Positions 27,889-41,171 of a DNA stretch of 64,000 nucleotides are shown here, piece by piece. Numbering within the stretch: position 1 is the stretch's first letter; the number at the start of each line of letters is the position of its first letter. The notes beneath the pieces are model-generated. The model was not told where the DNA came from, ran no database searches, and saw only the letters and a program-made list of their open reading frames with translations. The position numbers and the translations under genes were made by a program. This DNA comes from Pecten maximus (Eukaryota). Where the stretch lies: assembly GCF_902652985.1 (NCBI RefSeq), contig NC_047022.1, forward strand, positions 39,866,001 to 39,930,000, read 5' to 3'.

Positions 27889-27964
27889 TCCCCCCCCCCC
27901 CCCCCCCCCCCCCCCCCATTCACATGCACACACTCACACACTCACACACTCACACACACACACA
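27889..27964. repeat. Poly-C tract followed by a (CA)-rich microsatellite
   Basis: A C-run of nearly 30 nt, then cacacact units. Confidence 0.9.
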
Positions 27965-28133
27965 TATTATTTCTTTCTTTTCTGAGGTTCACAATGTGAA
28001 CACATTGGCAGGAAGTTAAGAGTTGAATTTCAAATGTGAGATGCCTCTAAAGAAACCATTGTTTTAAATAAGATAATTTATGTGTACGGACATTTGGCAT
28101 GACTCTTTGCCTGTTATTAATTATAACAGAGAC

Positions 28134-30429
28134 ATGACTCAGCTGATAAGGAGACCCACTTGTTTGAAAAGGATTTGGAAACAGAGTGAAGATGTGTTAT
28201 TTAAAGCTCGCGATCTGGCTGGTCTGCAGGTGAGGGGACAATCACAGCTAAATGTATGCATGTCAAAAGGCCATCAACCTAAACACCTAGAGGATGCTAC
28301 ATCAGAAACTGGGACAGTGTCAAACAGTTCTACACCAGATAATGTCTTCCTTCTGTCCTCTGTTGGAATTGATGATTTAACAAATTTGTGCAAATTGGTG
28401 AAACATTTTTTATCCCAAAAGTGTGTATCTTTTTATGTATCAGAGCCAATATTTAAAAAATGTGACTGTTCTTCAAGTAGTACAAAGTCTGTGGAAAGGA
28501 TTCATAATAAACAAAATGTCAACTTTCTCGATTATACAGCGGCTGGAGATTTTCAGTGTTTCATAAGGTCAGAGACATTATCAGAAATTTCTGGCTGGAT
28601 GGATCCTTTATCACTTCATACAATGTCTGGCCATTCATGTCAGAGTGCACTTTTGCATAGACAGCTTCTGAAAAAACACAATCAATTTTCTTCCTGCAAT
28701 ATCTCTTCACATTGTGTTGGATATCATCCTAAAGTGAATTATTCCATGTGGTCACATCAGGTAAAACATTACAGTATCAGCCAACACAGTAACAGATATT
28801 TCTTGTATTCTGACAACAAGGATAACAGGCTACTGTCTGTACATCATCTTATCACCACACCTACTGTTAACTTGTTCTCATCACTAGCCATACACAGACA
28901 TTCTTGTCAGATGAGACAACCACAAATCTTGGCATCCAGTCCATTGATAGTTAGTGGTTTGAAACACCGATGGATCTCCAAGAAGACTTATGAATTTCCA
29001 GAACTACCAGAGGATGATTTAGTGGAGAGTTTTATGCGAGGAGGTGGTGCAGGGGGTCAGGCCGTGGCAAAGACCAATAACTGTGTGTTACTACTGCACA
29101 AACCAACAGGCATCCAGGTCAAGGTAGGTAGTAACCATGTCACTGGACTAACACATAGGTCAAGGTCAGTATAGGTCAAGGTAGGTAGTAACCACACCAA
29201 AGGACTAACACACAGGTCAAGGTCAGTAAAGGTCAAGGTAGCTAGTAACCACATCAAAGGACTAACACACAGGTCAAGGTCAGTAAAGGTCAAGGTAGCT
29301 AGTAACCACATCAAAGGACTAACACTGGTCAAGGACAGTAAAGGTTGAGGTAGGTAGTTACCACATCACAGGACTAAGACATGTCAAGGTCAAGGTCAGT
29401 GAAAGTCAAGGTACATGTAGGTAGTAACCACATCACAGGACTAACACACAGGTCAATGTCAAGGTCAGTATAGGTCAAGGTAGGTAGTAACCACATCACA
29501 GGACTAACACATGTCAAGGTCAGTATAAGTCAAGGTACATGTAGGTAGTAACCACATCACAGGACTAACACAAAGGTCAAGGTCAAGGTCAGTATAGGTC
29601 AAGATAGGTACAAAGTATACCACATCACAGAACTAGCTAAAATACTTGTCAAGATCAGAAGTGCCATTGTAATACATTATCCAAAAATCATCTTTGGCAA
29701 AGTCATTATACTAGTTTACCTGTAATCATTGGAGTTTGTGACCCCACAGGTATCTAAGGTCAACATGCCAAGGTCAGTATAGCCAATGTATTTATGTGAA
29801 TTCACTAGTATCTAGGTCAACATCAAAATAGCTATTCAGATAACTTTTATGTGTGACCTAAATCATGTTTACCCGGTAACTTAAATTTGATTGATATTGT
29901 AGAGGATTTAAAAAAGATTCCTGTTATATTATGTTATTTATAAAACAAGCATCAAGTTCTGTTGTAATAAAGAATGGTTCTGTAATCATACATGTATACT
30001 CCACAAAACGAAATTATACAGGTAGGGGGGAAAAAAACCCAAATATGAAAAAAAAATACTATTTGACCTTTTTGATACTACATGCTACAGAGAGAAAATA
30101 AATTCATGAGATGGTGCTTCATAGCTGCCTGATCAGGATCTTTATATACAGGAGAAGCCTTCATTTGAACAGGATCTATGTATTCATGATGGTCTTGTTT
30201 TATATTGTAGATGCATGTATCAAGGTCTCTTGAAGTAAACAGGAAGAAAGCACGAGAGAAAATGATAGAAAAACTGGATTTTCATTTCAATAAAGAAAAC
30301 AGCTTTAACGAACAGAAGAAGGCAGAAAAAAGTAGAGCTAAACAGAAAATGAAGAAAAAGGCAGAGCTTGTTCGGGAAAAAATGAAAGCCTTTAAGAAAG
30401 GTCTTGAGAAAATGGACAATGAGGATTGA
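28134..30429 (+). CDS. MTRFR: Mitochondrial translation release factor in rescue (C12orf65), RF-1 GGQ domain
   Basis: Exons ~28134-29123 and 30211-30429 (phase 0). EDDLVESFMRGGGAGGQAVAKTNNCVLLLHKPTGIQVK|MHVSRSLEVNRKKAREKMIEKLD...ENS plus a basic tail matches the C12orf65 family. The start codon is uncertain (28080, 28134 or later). Confidence 0.9.
29116..29632. repeat. ~57-bp minisatellite containing the MTRFR donor, ~9 copies
   Basis: aggtcaag|gtaggtagtaaccacatcacaggactaacacacaggtcaaggtcagtat. Confidence 0.9.
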
Positions 30430-32329
30430 CTTCACTAGTACTGTCAAATTTAATGTTTGTCAGATTATGAAATTAATCTACAATTCAATACACATTAATT
30501 GTTAAAATTATCATTGAAATTATTAAAAGATTCCTCTACCAGATTTCAGTTTTTTATTTTCAGTATTATTGAGAAATGCTATATTCTTGAGAGTACATAC
30601 ACTGATCAGGACCTTCTGACATTTTGTTTCATAAAGGACTTACATGTGAATTTAAGATGACATTCAAGATAGTTCACCCACCATCCTATTACAATAGCTC
30701 TATGACAAATTGCCTTTTCCCAATTATTCTTTCTCTTTCCCTCCCTGTCCACTTTTAACTATGTACCTGTATTGTAAAAAAATCACATTGCAGCACAGAA
30801 CCCAACAACTTCAAGAACACCTGGTTTGATATGGGGATAAGATGGGTATCCTTATGATCAGTGTGAAACCAGTAATTACAATTGTTATTTCTGAGAAGTC
30901 TATAACACAATCTCTTAAAACTAACAAATTATTCAAAAGATCAAAGATGACCACCTGTAGGCTATGTTGAACTCCAAAACTAGAGACTAAGGGAAAGACT
31001 AAGGGAACAGAGTTGAAATAACTATCAGAATCCAAAAATTACCATCTGCCAATCATTATATTCCTCTGACCAGTCCCAAAATTCCATATTCACAACATAA
31101 AACAATGTAAAGAGAACCAACACATCAGATTGGAGAACTAGGTACTTTTCCAACTAACAAAATCCAAAATGGCCACCTGTCTGTGTGGGAGGTTATCCTG
31201 TTCTTCTGATTAGTCATAATTAAGATGCAAAATACATAGGGTTCCAGGCGAATCTACATGCAAATTGGAGTTCTTCAGTATTTTCAGGGAAATAGCAACA
31301 AAAAGAATTCTTTAACTAAAAACAAGGATTGAGCATTGAGTGAATTAAGACCGATTCGAACAGCACTAGCCCAATATATAGGATAAAAGGTAGGGACGGA
31401 ATAAGTCCACCTAGATACTTGGATCATGGTGTCAATAAATCATGGTACAGGTATATAGGTCATCATTGTATGTAATTAGTAAATTGAAAATAAAAAGAAG
31501 AGTAGCAAATCCTGAAGTCGGGTAAACCGAGTAGCTACTGGTGAGGAATCTCTTCCGATTGTTAGATTAGTGACAAATTCAATATCAATTTCCTTGTGAT
31601 ATGTGGAAAATACTGGAGCTGTGATGTATTTACAGACTGAGTGGTGACACAGTGAAATACCTCAACATCAAGGACAGCCCAGTTTTTTTGGGGTGTATTT
31701 TGGAATTGTCGGATGCCTCAACACTTTAATCTGGAACTTCATCTGCAGCTGAAACATGCAAGTCTAGTGCTTGGATAGCATCAATGGCCCCAACACTTTA
31801 GCCTCCGAGACTTGTGATTTTGGACTTCTCTGATTGACCTAGCCACAGACACTGGTGCTATTGGGCTTAAACGATTGGCCTAGCCCTTGACACTGGTGGA
31901 CAGAGGGATCAAAGACTTGCATACTGGTAGTTGTACTTGTGAGGTAAATGAATGTGGAGACAAACCAATAACAACAATGCAGAACAGCGAGGGATTCAAG
32001 GTCACAAAGGATATGTGAGTAGGAGTACAAAGTTAGTGATAAATTGCGATTTTTTATGATGAGTCAAAATTTCAAAATAATTTCTTTCCACTTTCTCTCT
32101 CAGAAGTTTTCATCTGGTGAAATCAATTTTTTTTTTATAGGATATTTAATCCAACAAGTCCTCCTGACTTGTATCAGTTGTCTCCAATTGATAGCAGTCA
32201 ACTGACCTCCTCCAGAACATAAAATTTACTGCATAGCACTGTCCAGGTGTATTGTGTACATGTATATAGAGTATTCAGACTTCTAATAACAATATAATAT
32301 AATCTGAACTAATGTCGATGATTTTCTAG

Positions 32330-35300
32330 GTACAATGGCCTTACCATAGACACGGATAAACAGGAATGGACAGATTCAGTACCTGAAGATACACATCAAC
32401 ATCTTAAAGGTAATAACTGAATATACGCGAGGCCCCATGGGCCTGCTTTGCTCACCTAGTATTCCCTTTAAAGTAGTTTTGTGTGTTTTAACACTCTCTT
32501 GACCTGGAACTTTAATTTGTTAGACAAATAATCAGACAGAGTCTTTTGAGTTTTTAGCTCACCTGCCTGACCAGCATCAACTTTTTCCTTTAAACAACTT
32601 CTTCTCAATATCCAAGAGGCCTTGAGACCTGATATGGCCATGTGTCATGCTGGGATGAAGGGTTACCACGTTTGTTCAAATGAATGACTGTGACCCTCAT
32701 TTAAGGTCACAGGGGTCAAATAGGCTGAAATCAAGACGCCTAGGGACTTGATATTGGGCCTGTAGCATCCTGGGGTGAAGGGCTACCATGTTTGTCAAAT
32801 GAATGGCATTGACCTTCGTTCAAGGTCACATGGGTCAAATAGGCTAAAATCTTTAAATAATTTCTTCTAAATTACCAAGATGCCCAGGGACTTGATATTG
32901 GGCCTGTAGCATGCTGGGGTAAAGTGCTACCAAGTTTGTTCAAATAAATAATCTTGACCTACAATAAAGGTCACAGGGGTCAAATAGGTTTAAATCTTGA
33001 AACAATGATTTGTCGATAGCAAAGAGACCTAATATTAAGCCAATTGTATGCTGGAATGAAGAACTTGAAAATTTAATGACATGAATAAAACTAGCCTACT
33101 CTGATATTTGAATAAAGTGGTTATCGGCATAGTTGCAGAAATGACCTAAATCAACTTACAAAATTGCTGTAGTCAGATGAGTGATTGGGCCTGTTGTTTA
33201 TTTTCTAAAAGACCCCTGTGACCTTGAGTATATGTCAAGATAAGTCTGTTCAGAAGTTGTTTGGTTGTGACCTTATATATGAGGGGTCATTTCTTTTTAC
33301 AATCTTTATTGGGCTCCATCCTAGGATCCTACAAGCCAAATATGATTCTTTGCCTACTTGTTTTTAAGAAGAAGTTGCTTAAAGAAAACATGTTGCATTA
33401 GATGGATAACACACAATGGCTGTACACCACGTATAGCATGATAAAGCTCAACCATCGGGCACTGAGCTCAAGATACTGAATTAAATTGACTAACTTTGTA
33501 TATTACATTTACTTTCCCAATGTTGAGTTACATTTCCCGACATCATATTTTAGATGCCATTGAAAATTGGAAAAAATCTGGCATCAGAGCTCTGTGGGTG
33601 AAGGTACACAAGAAGCAGTCCTCGTTTGTCTCTGTGTGTATACAGGTAAGTTCTCAGGTAAACTTATCTAAATATAACAATTGTGAAACAAGTTATATCG
33701 ACTTTCACTCTTGTTGGCCTGGATAGAGGTACACGAGGGGTCTTATTGTGGGAGGAAACCAATGTGGTCAGGCAGGTGAAAGGCAAGTGTTACCACCTGA
33801 CCATCATGAGATCCTGAGTTTTAAGGTGGACAAGGACTATGAATTTGAAACTTTTAAGACAAATTAACTTATTTCACAATCTATGTTCCTATACTTCATA
33901 CTAGTATATGAATTAAAAAAAACAAAACCAACAACATAACTTTGAATGCTAGATTGAGATTGACAGCGATTGGCACACCATTTTATTATGTGGTAACATT
34001 AAATGTTAACCCGTTATTTCTCCACAGCTGGGGTTTGACTTCCATCATGCCAAACCAGGTTATGTCATGTTGAATCAATGGTTGGCTGAATCTGAAGAGA
34101 ACAGGCTGCCTGGATTTGCTAACCAGTATTTAGGTACACATTCCTTGTTTCTAGCTCATGAATGGGGGTTTGATGTACATGTATTTTAGAAATGAAGGGC
34201 ATAATATATGGTCTCACTGGTTGCTGGGGAATGGGCAAAATGGGAATTAATCTTTGAAAGTCTACTCCTTTAATATAGACGAAGAGATTTCGACCAAACG
34301 GTATGGAGCATCGCTTTGTGCATAGCTTTCTTATTACCTACTGTTTTGTTTAGAATATTAAATCAAAATATCTATAGACAAATTTTATTTGACCCATATT
34401 TACTACAATTGTACACAAAAGTTAGAGAAACTTACTAAAATATATTTTCCCTGATCCCTCTTATAAATAGTTAATCAGACAAGGAGATTTATTTATAAAA
34501 TGGACATGCAGTGTCCCTCAAGTTACTTGTGTTGGTTTGAAGGTGTAGCAGGCTTTGTCATCAATGACAACAACCAGGTACTCGTGATACAGGAGAGGTT
34601 CAACATCAGTCAGAAACACTGGAAACTACCTGGGGGACTAGCTGATGAAGGTATGAACTTGTGACCTTGACCTTCAGTAAATCAACAGTTACAAATATCA
34701 CGACCCACACAACAACTCTATTGTAGGGCAATGTATCTGTAACTTGGCTTAAAGACAGACGTTTTCTTGCTGATTTTTGTTTCACCCCCTTTGTTTCACA
34801 AGGACATATTGCTCAGAACAGTTTCTGTTGATACAAACATCCTACCATTTCCTTTGAAAAGAAAGAAACGTCCTTGTTGTGTTGTTTCCAGGTGAGGACC
34901 TGGCAGTTACATCTCAACGAGAGGTTTTTGAGGAGACGGGAGTGAAGGCGGAGTTTGTATCTGTGTTAACATTCCGACACCAACATAACTTTCGTTATGG
35001 CTGTTCTGACTGGTACTACATCTGCCTGATGAAGGCAGTAGGTGGATCCATCAAGCCCTGTCCACAGGAAATAGCAGAATGCAAGTGGATGGATGTAAGT
35101 CATCTTTAACAAATGTATACCAGTAATAACATTTCTGTAGAATAAATATATAGGTAAAGCTGCTGTAAATTATTTACCGAGACAGATTCAGTTTATTGCA
35201 AATTAAATGTGTATGTAACACAGGCTATTATTTATGATTCCGCTAGGGAACAAACCATGGACTGCTTGCTGAAAACTATTCCTTACAATCAACCGATTAA

Positions 35301-35756
35301 GTTAAAGAGAACTTTAAACTTTTTCTTTGCTCAGTCAGTGGATGCACGGCTTGTAAACCAGAAGTCCTCGGAGGTTTTATAGCAATAACTATTATTATTA
35401 ACGACCTCAGATGTTAAACGACCTTATCCTTACTGATTATCAACTAACTGTTACAGATAGATGCGTATGCCAATCATCCCTCACTGACGGACACCAATAA
35501 GTTTGTCGTACAGTGTTATAGGGAACATGTTGCCCGCGGCAGCTCTGTGGCAATAGTAGCCACACCGGTCCTGTCCTACAACAAGAAAGCCTACCACAAT
35601 ATCTACAGTATACAGCCTTCCCGTGATAAAGGAACCACTCAGGATAATGTACATTCCTTACCTGATCCAGGGACTGATGGAAGTAACGTTGATACACAAG
35701 GTTCATCTGATACAGGACCAGACATGTCAGACCTCAAAACTGACAATCCAAATTAA
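32330..35756 (+). CDS. NUDT6: Nudix hydrolase 6-like, 5'-partial
   Basis: Exons 32330-32409, 33554-33645, 34028-34133, 34543-34650, 34892-35094, 35457-35756, all phase-consistent. Motifs LGFDFHHA, RLPGFANQYLGVAG and Nudix box [28 protein letters not shown]. Confidence 0.88.
32429..33470. mobile_element. Helentron-type element (+, 32553-33200) nested in an oppositely oriented one
   Basis: ttagctcacctg start, caaggtcacaggggtcaaa core repeats, gtcagatgag...gggcct end; outer gaggccccatgggcct...gctcacct and aagctca...tgagct ends. Confidence 0.65.
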
Positions 35757-36568
35757 CATAGAAGCCAATAGTGATTTATAAATTGTGATTTTATTAGTAA
35801 TTTATAAGGCTTACTGATCATCATGAACAGTAACCTCAACAACACTAACAATCCAAATTAACATAGAAGCAAATAGTGATTCATAAATTGTGATTTTATT
35901 AGTAATTTATAAGGCTTACTGATCATCATGAACAGTAACCTCAACAACACTAACAATCCAAATTAACATAGAAGCCAATAGTGATTCATAAATTGTGATT
36001 TTATTAGTAATTTATAAGGCTTACTGATCATCATGAACAGTAACCTCAACAACACTAACAATCCAAATTAACATAGAAGCCAATAGTGATTTATAAATTG
36101 TGATTTTATTAGTAATTTATAAGGCTTACTGATTATCATGAACAGTAACCTCAACAACACTAACAATCCAAATTAACATAGAAGCCAATAGTGATTCATA
36201 AATTGTGATTTTATTAGTAATTTATAAGGCTTACTGATCATCATGAACAGTAACCTCAACAACACTAACAATCCAAATTAACATAGAAGCAAATAGTGAT
36301 TCATAAATTGTGATTTTATTAGTAATTTATAAGGCTTACTGATCATCATGAACAGTAACCTCAACAACACTAACAATCCAAATTAACATAGAAGCCAATA
36401 GTGATTTATAAATTGTGATTTTATTAGTAATTTATAAGGCTTACTGATCATCATGAACAGTAACCTCAACAACACTAACAATCCAAATTAACATAGAAGC
36501 AAATAGTGATTTATAAATTGTGATTTTATTAGTAATTTATAAGGCTTACTGATCATCATGAACAGTAA
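35743..36568. repeat. 105-bp tandem repeat, ~8 copies, starting in the last codons of NUDT6
   Basis: acaatccaaatTAAcatagaagc...aacaacacta. Confidence 0.95.
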
Positions 36569-36614
36569 TATGCTACTTAAAGAAAGACAATCATGAAAAT
36601 TACTGTATTGTATG

Positions 36615-37814
36615 CATACATGCCATATTTTTGGGAGACCAATAAGGGAGATTGATGATTATTTTAAGGGAGTTTTGCCTAAAATAAGGGAGATTTGTGC
36701 GCGGCATGAATATCAACATTTTTACTCAATTTTTAAGCAATTAACTAATTTTGAAAGTGATAAAGAATATTTATATTTATTTTGGATATTAATCATATTG
36801 TATATGCAAACCACAAAAAGTTGTATAAGGTAAAAAATGCAATAAGTATACATTCAGATTCTCATGATATGAAATTTTTTTTCGATTTTTTTTATGCAAC
36901 ACAAAAAGTTTTACAGCTTTATGCATATTGCATAACAGCATTTGAAAAGGGTATATTATAATTACATGTAGCTAAAGATTAAGACAAGCAAGTTATTCAT
37001 TTATCAGTTGGGATTTTTTTTAAATTAGAAAGCTTGATCCACTCTGAGGGAACACATCAGTTGTAAAAATCACCATGAAATGTTCTGTGGGATACCTTAT
37101 GTTGGACCAATTAGATATAAAAATATTCCAAGTGTGCAAGTGTATACATGAAATCATGAGAACGGAAGATGTTCATGTTAGGATCCCGGAGACTGCAGTA
37201 AATCTTATCACGATCATTCTAGATTTTGTATATTGTCTCTGTCATGGACTGTACAGTCATTGTAAACACCATGACTGACCACTTTGTAACGACCAACAGA
37301 TGTGCTAATTTTGATAGTTTTCTAAAAGAAAATATCGGATTTCATCTTGCTATCACTGATCAACGATACACATAGTAAATGAAAAACATGTGTGATTTTG
37401 CATCTGACCAGACTCTGTATCAATTACCATCATCAAAGTATGGTCCTAAAAGAAAACAAACAATAATTCAAGTCTGTTAGCTAAGGGGGTTAAAGTTGTT
37501 TGCAAGTGACTTGCCTTTATTTCATGGTGATAGATATTCTAGCGCAAACATTACACTAGCCAGAGCTTCGTGTGAAAGCCGTGTCCAACAGGCGCCATTT
37601 TGATTGAGTGATCACGTGAACAGATGGATCACGTGATCGCTAAATTTAGCCAAATCTCGCGAGAAAAACTACTGAATTGTAAACAAAAATGGCGTCGGCA
37701 AAAATACCGGAGGGAATTACAAATTACGGGAATTTGGGCTCTCCTCCCGGGAGGAAATAAATGACTTGAAAATAAGGGAGATTTTGTCTCACGCCGGGAG
37801 GTATGGCATGTATG
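36615..37814. mobile_element. Non-autonomous TIR DNA transposon, 1.2 kb
   Basis: 13-bp TIR CATACATGCCATA; 6-bp TSD TGTATG at 36609-36614 and 37815-37820; subterminal AATAAGGGAGATT repeats. Confidence 0.75.
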
Positions 37815-39748
37815 TGTATGTAACAAATTAATTTAAACAATTTCATGTATGGTAATAATCAGAAATGTGATTCTATAATTGATGATTACAGGGTACATTA
37901 TATCCTCACACCCTGGCCTGCTGCTACTCCCCTGTCCAGTCAGTGTTTTAGGGGAAGAAGTATTTTTTGGCCCCATTGTTTGGTTCTGGTGCAATGTACC
38001 TCTGATGTACAATCGCTGTCTGAATTATCTTAAAAGGATAATATGGTCAGATTATCTTATAATGATACGGGTGTCTGGATTATCTTATAGGGATAAGGTT
38101 GTCGGACCTTCTTATTATGAAACGGGTGTTAGATTATTTTATGGATAATCTTATATTCTTAAAGGTAACTCAAAATTTTTAATGAGGACAATATAGGTTT
38201 ACCAGATACATCTGAATTATGAAAGTTGATTACCAGGCTCCACTAATGATGTAAAAAAATAATTAAGGGTGTAATTATCTTGTGGAGACAAAATTGTCTG
38301 GATTATCTTGTATACCAGAAATATATGTATAGAGAATGGTGATTGGTGGTGGTCTCAATCAACATGGAGCCTGAAGATTTGTCGGCCGTGAATCAACGAT
38401 AACAAATGTTGGACACGTGCACGTAGATACTGAAAATCAGCTTTCTTTTTGAACACTAATTACTTTTATGATTTTTGCAATAAAAGTTAAGTGAAATTAA
38501 CTTCTGTGGATCACAGCCTATTTACTTAAGCCCTACATAATTACTTCCTAACCATTATTGTGTAATATGAAGTGCATGGCCTTCACGGACATCCCATGGT
38601 GTACCTCTATATCTAAAAGGTAATTTGATAAGGTAAGCTCTCTGTAGGGAGACTGAAGGACACTGGTCAATGAATGGCTTGTTCATATATAGATAGACTG
38701 GAATATATTAATGACTTAACAGTTACTAGAACAGTCTGACTATATCCAAATAAGTTTGTGTCTTGTGGATCATTTTTGTAAGCAATGTGAGAGTTTATTA
38801 AAAGCTTCTGTGACTTTGTTTACTGGGTGTACATGTGATTGAATTTCTTATTAAGTGCATGAGGAGAACAGGCAATCTTCAGCTGAAAGCTAGAAACACA
38901 GAGGTCTCAATTTTAGATAGATTTAGGAAAGAGATTTGTGAAAACAATTGTTATTATGATAAAAGGACAACATAATAATAGTTCCACCTAAAGAAAAAAA
39001 ATTTATCCCGAAACTGATACACAACAAGTTTACATGATATACTATCTGTCTATAGGTATGTAAATATAACTCAATGATGATTTAAGATAAAATACACTTA
39101 AGGTAAATAGTCATAAATTATACATGTAACTTAAACACAAACTATGGACAACTGTGTCAACAATCCCCATCTTAATTTTTGGGATTAAGTTTTAAGTTTC
39201 AAAATTTTGTTGCCATGGCAAAATTTGCGAATTTCAAAGCAAAATGCACATTAAAGAAAGATGGTTTACAGTAATAATCTATGTGTAATGTTTGTTTTAG
39301 GTGGGAGAAGGCTCACACAAAGGCTTTGCCTGATGCCTAATCCATCTGTTTTGTTGGAATGAAATCTGTTGAAAAGAAATGATAGCAACTCCAACATGAT
39401 TCAGTATAGAAACTAATAGTGCTTTATATATATTTATAAATACAGATATTGAAATAAAGTGTCTAATCAACAGCTGTGAGTTGTACATGTGTCTTCAATT
39501 TACACTGAAAAACATTCTGGTCTAATATTAAATATCATTTTAAACAAAGATTAATGATTCTGATAGCCATTGGAAGTTAAATCCACAATCCTAGGCTATT
39601 CCTGATGGATAGAAGCACATGTACACATGGAGGCACCCTTGTGAAGATTGCAGGCTTTTTGCAGCTTTCACTGCCAAGGTACTGTCACAGGGTAGCATGT
39701 CCTCTGTTGATCCAGGATAACACATACCCTATTGATCCACGATAACAC

Positions 39749-40230
39749 CATCTTCGCTAGCCAAGATTTCTGATTACGTTACACTCCACGAACCACTGGC
39801 AGATATAGTCCTGTTTAAACCGCCCGCCTTGGAATCCCAGGGCATCCAATCAAATCATGTTTTACATTCAGGCTTGGTTTCGCAGTAAATTAAAAATTGT
39901 GGCGCCCAGTACAGAGCTACCTCTTTGACTATGTCATGGCATTTTACCTAAATACAGAGACTACAATCTTTGGTAAAACATTCACAGTGTTCGATCAATT
40001 GAGAGAAGTTATTGATCACATATATAACTCATCAAAATGACACAAGCTTCCACGTGTGTTTGTAGATGTCGCCAATGAAGTACATCGGTAACGCTCGCTT
40101 TGATTGGTCCCAAATTTCATGCGTAAAGGGTGGTAATTTCTAATCTCCGCTAGAGGGCTAGAACTGACGACTATAACTGCCAGGGGTTCATGGAGTGTAA
40201 CATAATCAGAAGCCTTGGCTAGCGAAGATG
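39749..40230. mobile_element. MITE with ~54-bp TIRs
   Basis: catcttcgctagccaag...ccactggcag mirrored at 40177-40230; imperfect 9-bp TSD (cgataacac/ggatagcac) within the 25-bp satellite unit. Confidence 0.8.
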
Positions 40231-41110
40231 GGATAGCACATGCTCTGTTGATCCAGAATAACACGTCCTCTGTTGATCCATGACAACACGTCCTCTGTTG
40301 GTCCAGGATAACACATGCTCTGTTGATCCAGGATAACACATGCTCTGTTGAATCAGGATAACATGTCTTCTGTTGATCCAGGATAACACATGCTCTGTTG
40401 ATCCAGGATAACACGTCTTCTGTTGATCTAGGATAACACATGCTCTGTTGATCCAGGATAACACATGCTCTGTTGATCCAGGATAACACATGCTCTGTTG
40501 ATCCAGGATAACACATGCTCTGTTGATCCAGGATAACACAGAAAATCTGTTGATCCAGGATAACGCATGCTCTGTTGATCCAGGATAACACATGGTCTGA
40601 TAACGCATACTCTGTTGATCCAGGATAACACATACTCTGTTGATCCAGGATAACACATGCTCTGTTGATCCAGGATAACACATGGTCTGATAACGCATAC
40701 TCTGTTGATCCAGGATAACACATCCTCTGTTGATCCAGGATAACACATACTCTGTTGATCCAGGATAACACATACTCTGTTGATCCTGGATAACACATCG
40801 TCTGTTGATCCAGGATAACACATCGTCTGTTGATCCTGGATAACACATCGTCTGTTGATCCAGGATAACACATCGTCTGTTGATCCAGGATAACACATCG
40901 TCTGTTGATCCAGGATAACACATCGTCTGTTGATCCAGGATAACACATACTCTGTTGATCCTGGATAACACACTCTGTTGATCCAGGATAACACATCGTC
41001 TGTTGATCCAGGATAACATGTCTTCTTTTGATTCAGGATAACACATACTCTGTTGATCCAGGATAACACCCTCTGTTGATCTAGGACAGCATGTACTCTG
41101 TTGATCCTTG
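40231..41110. repeat. 25-bp minisatellite just 3' of the RAD51D stop (extra units at 39700-39748)
   Basis: tctgttgatccaggataacacatgc. Confidence 0.95.
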
Positions 41111-41171
41111 GTTGAGATGACATATGTGGCCATGATCTGTTCAGACTATGATGTGGTGTTGACTGGTGTCA

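Noticed and set aside
40016-41133. 230-326 aa ORFs in all three minus frames
   Set aside because: Stop-free 25-bp satellite downstream of the RAD51D stop.
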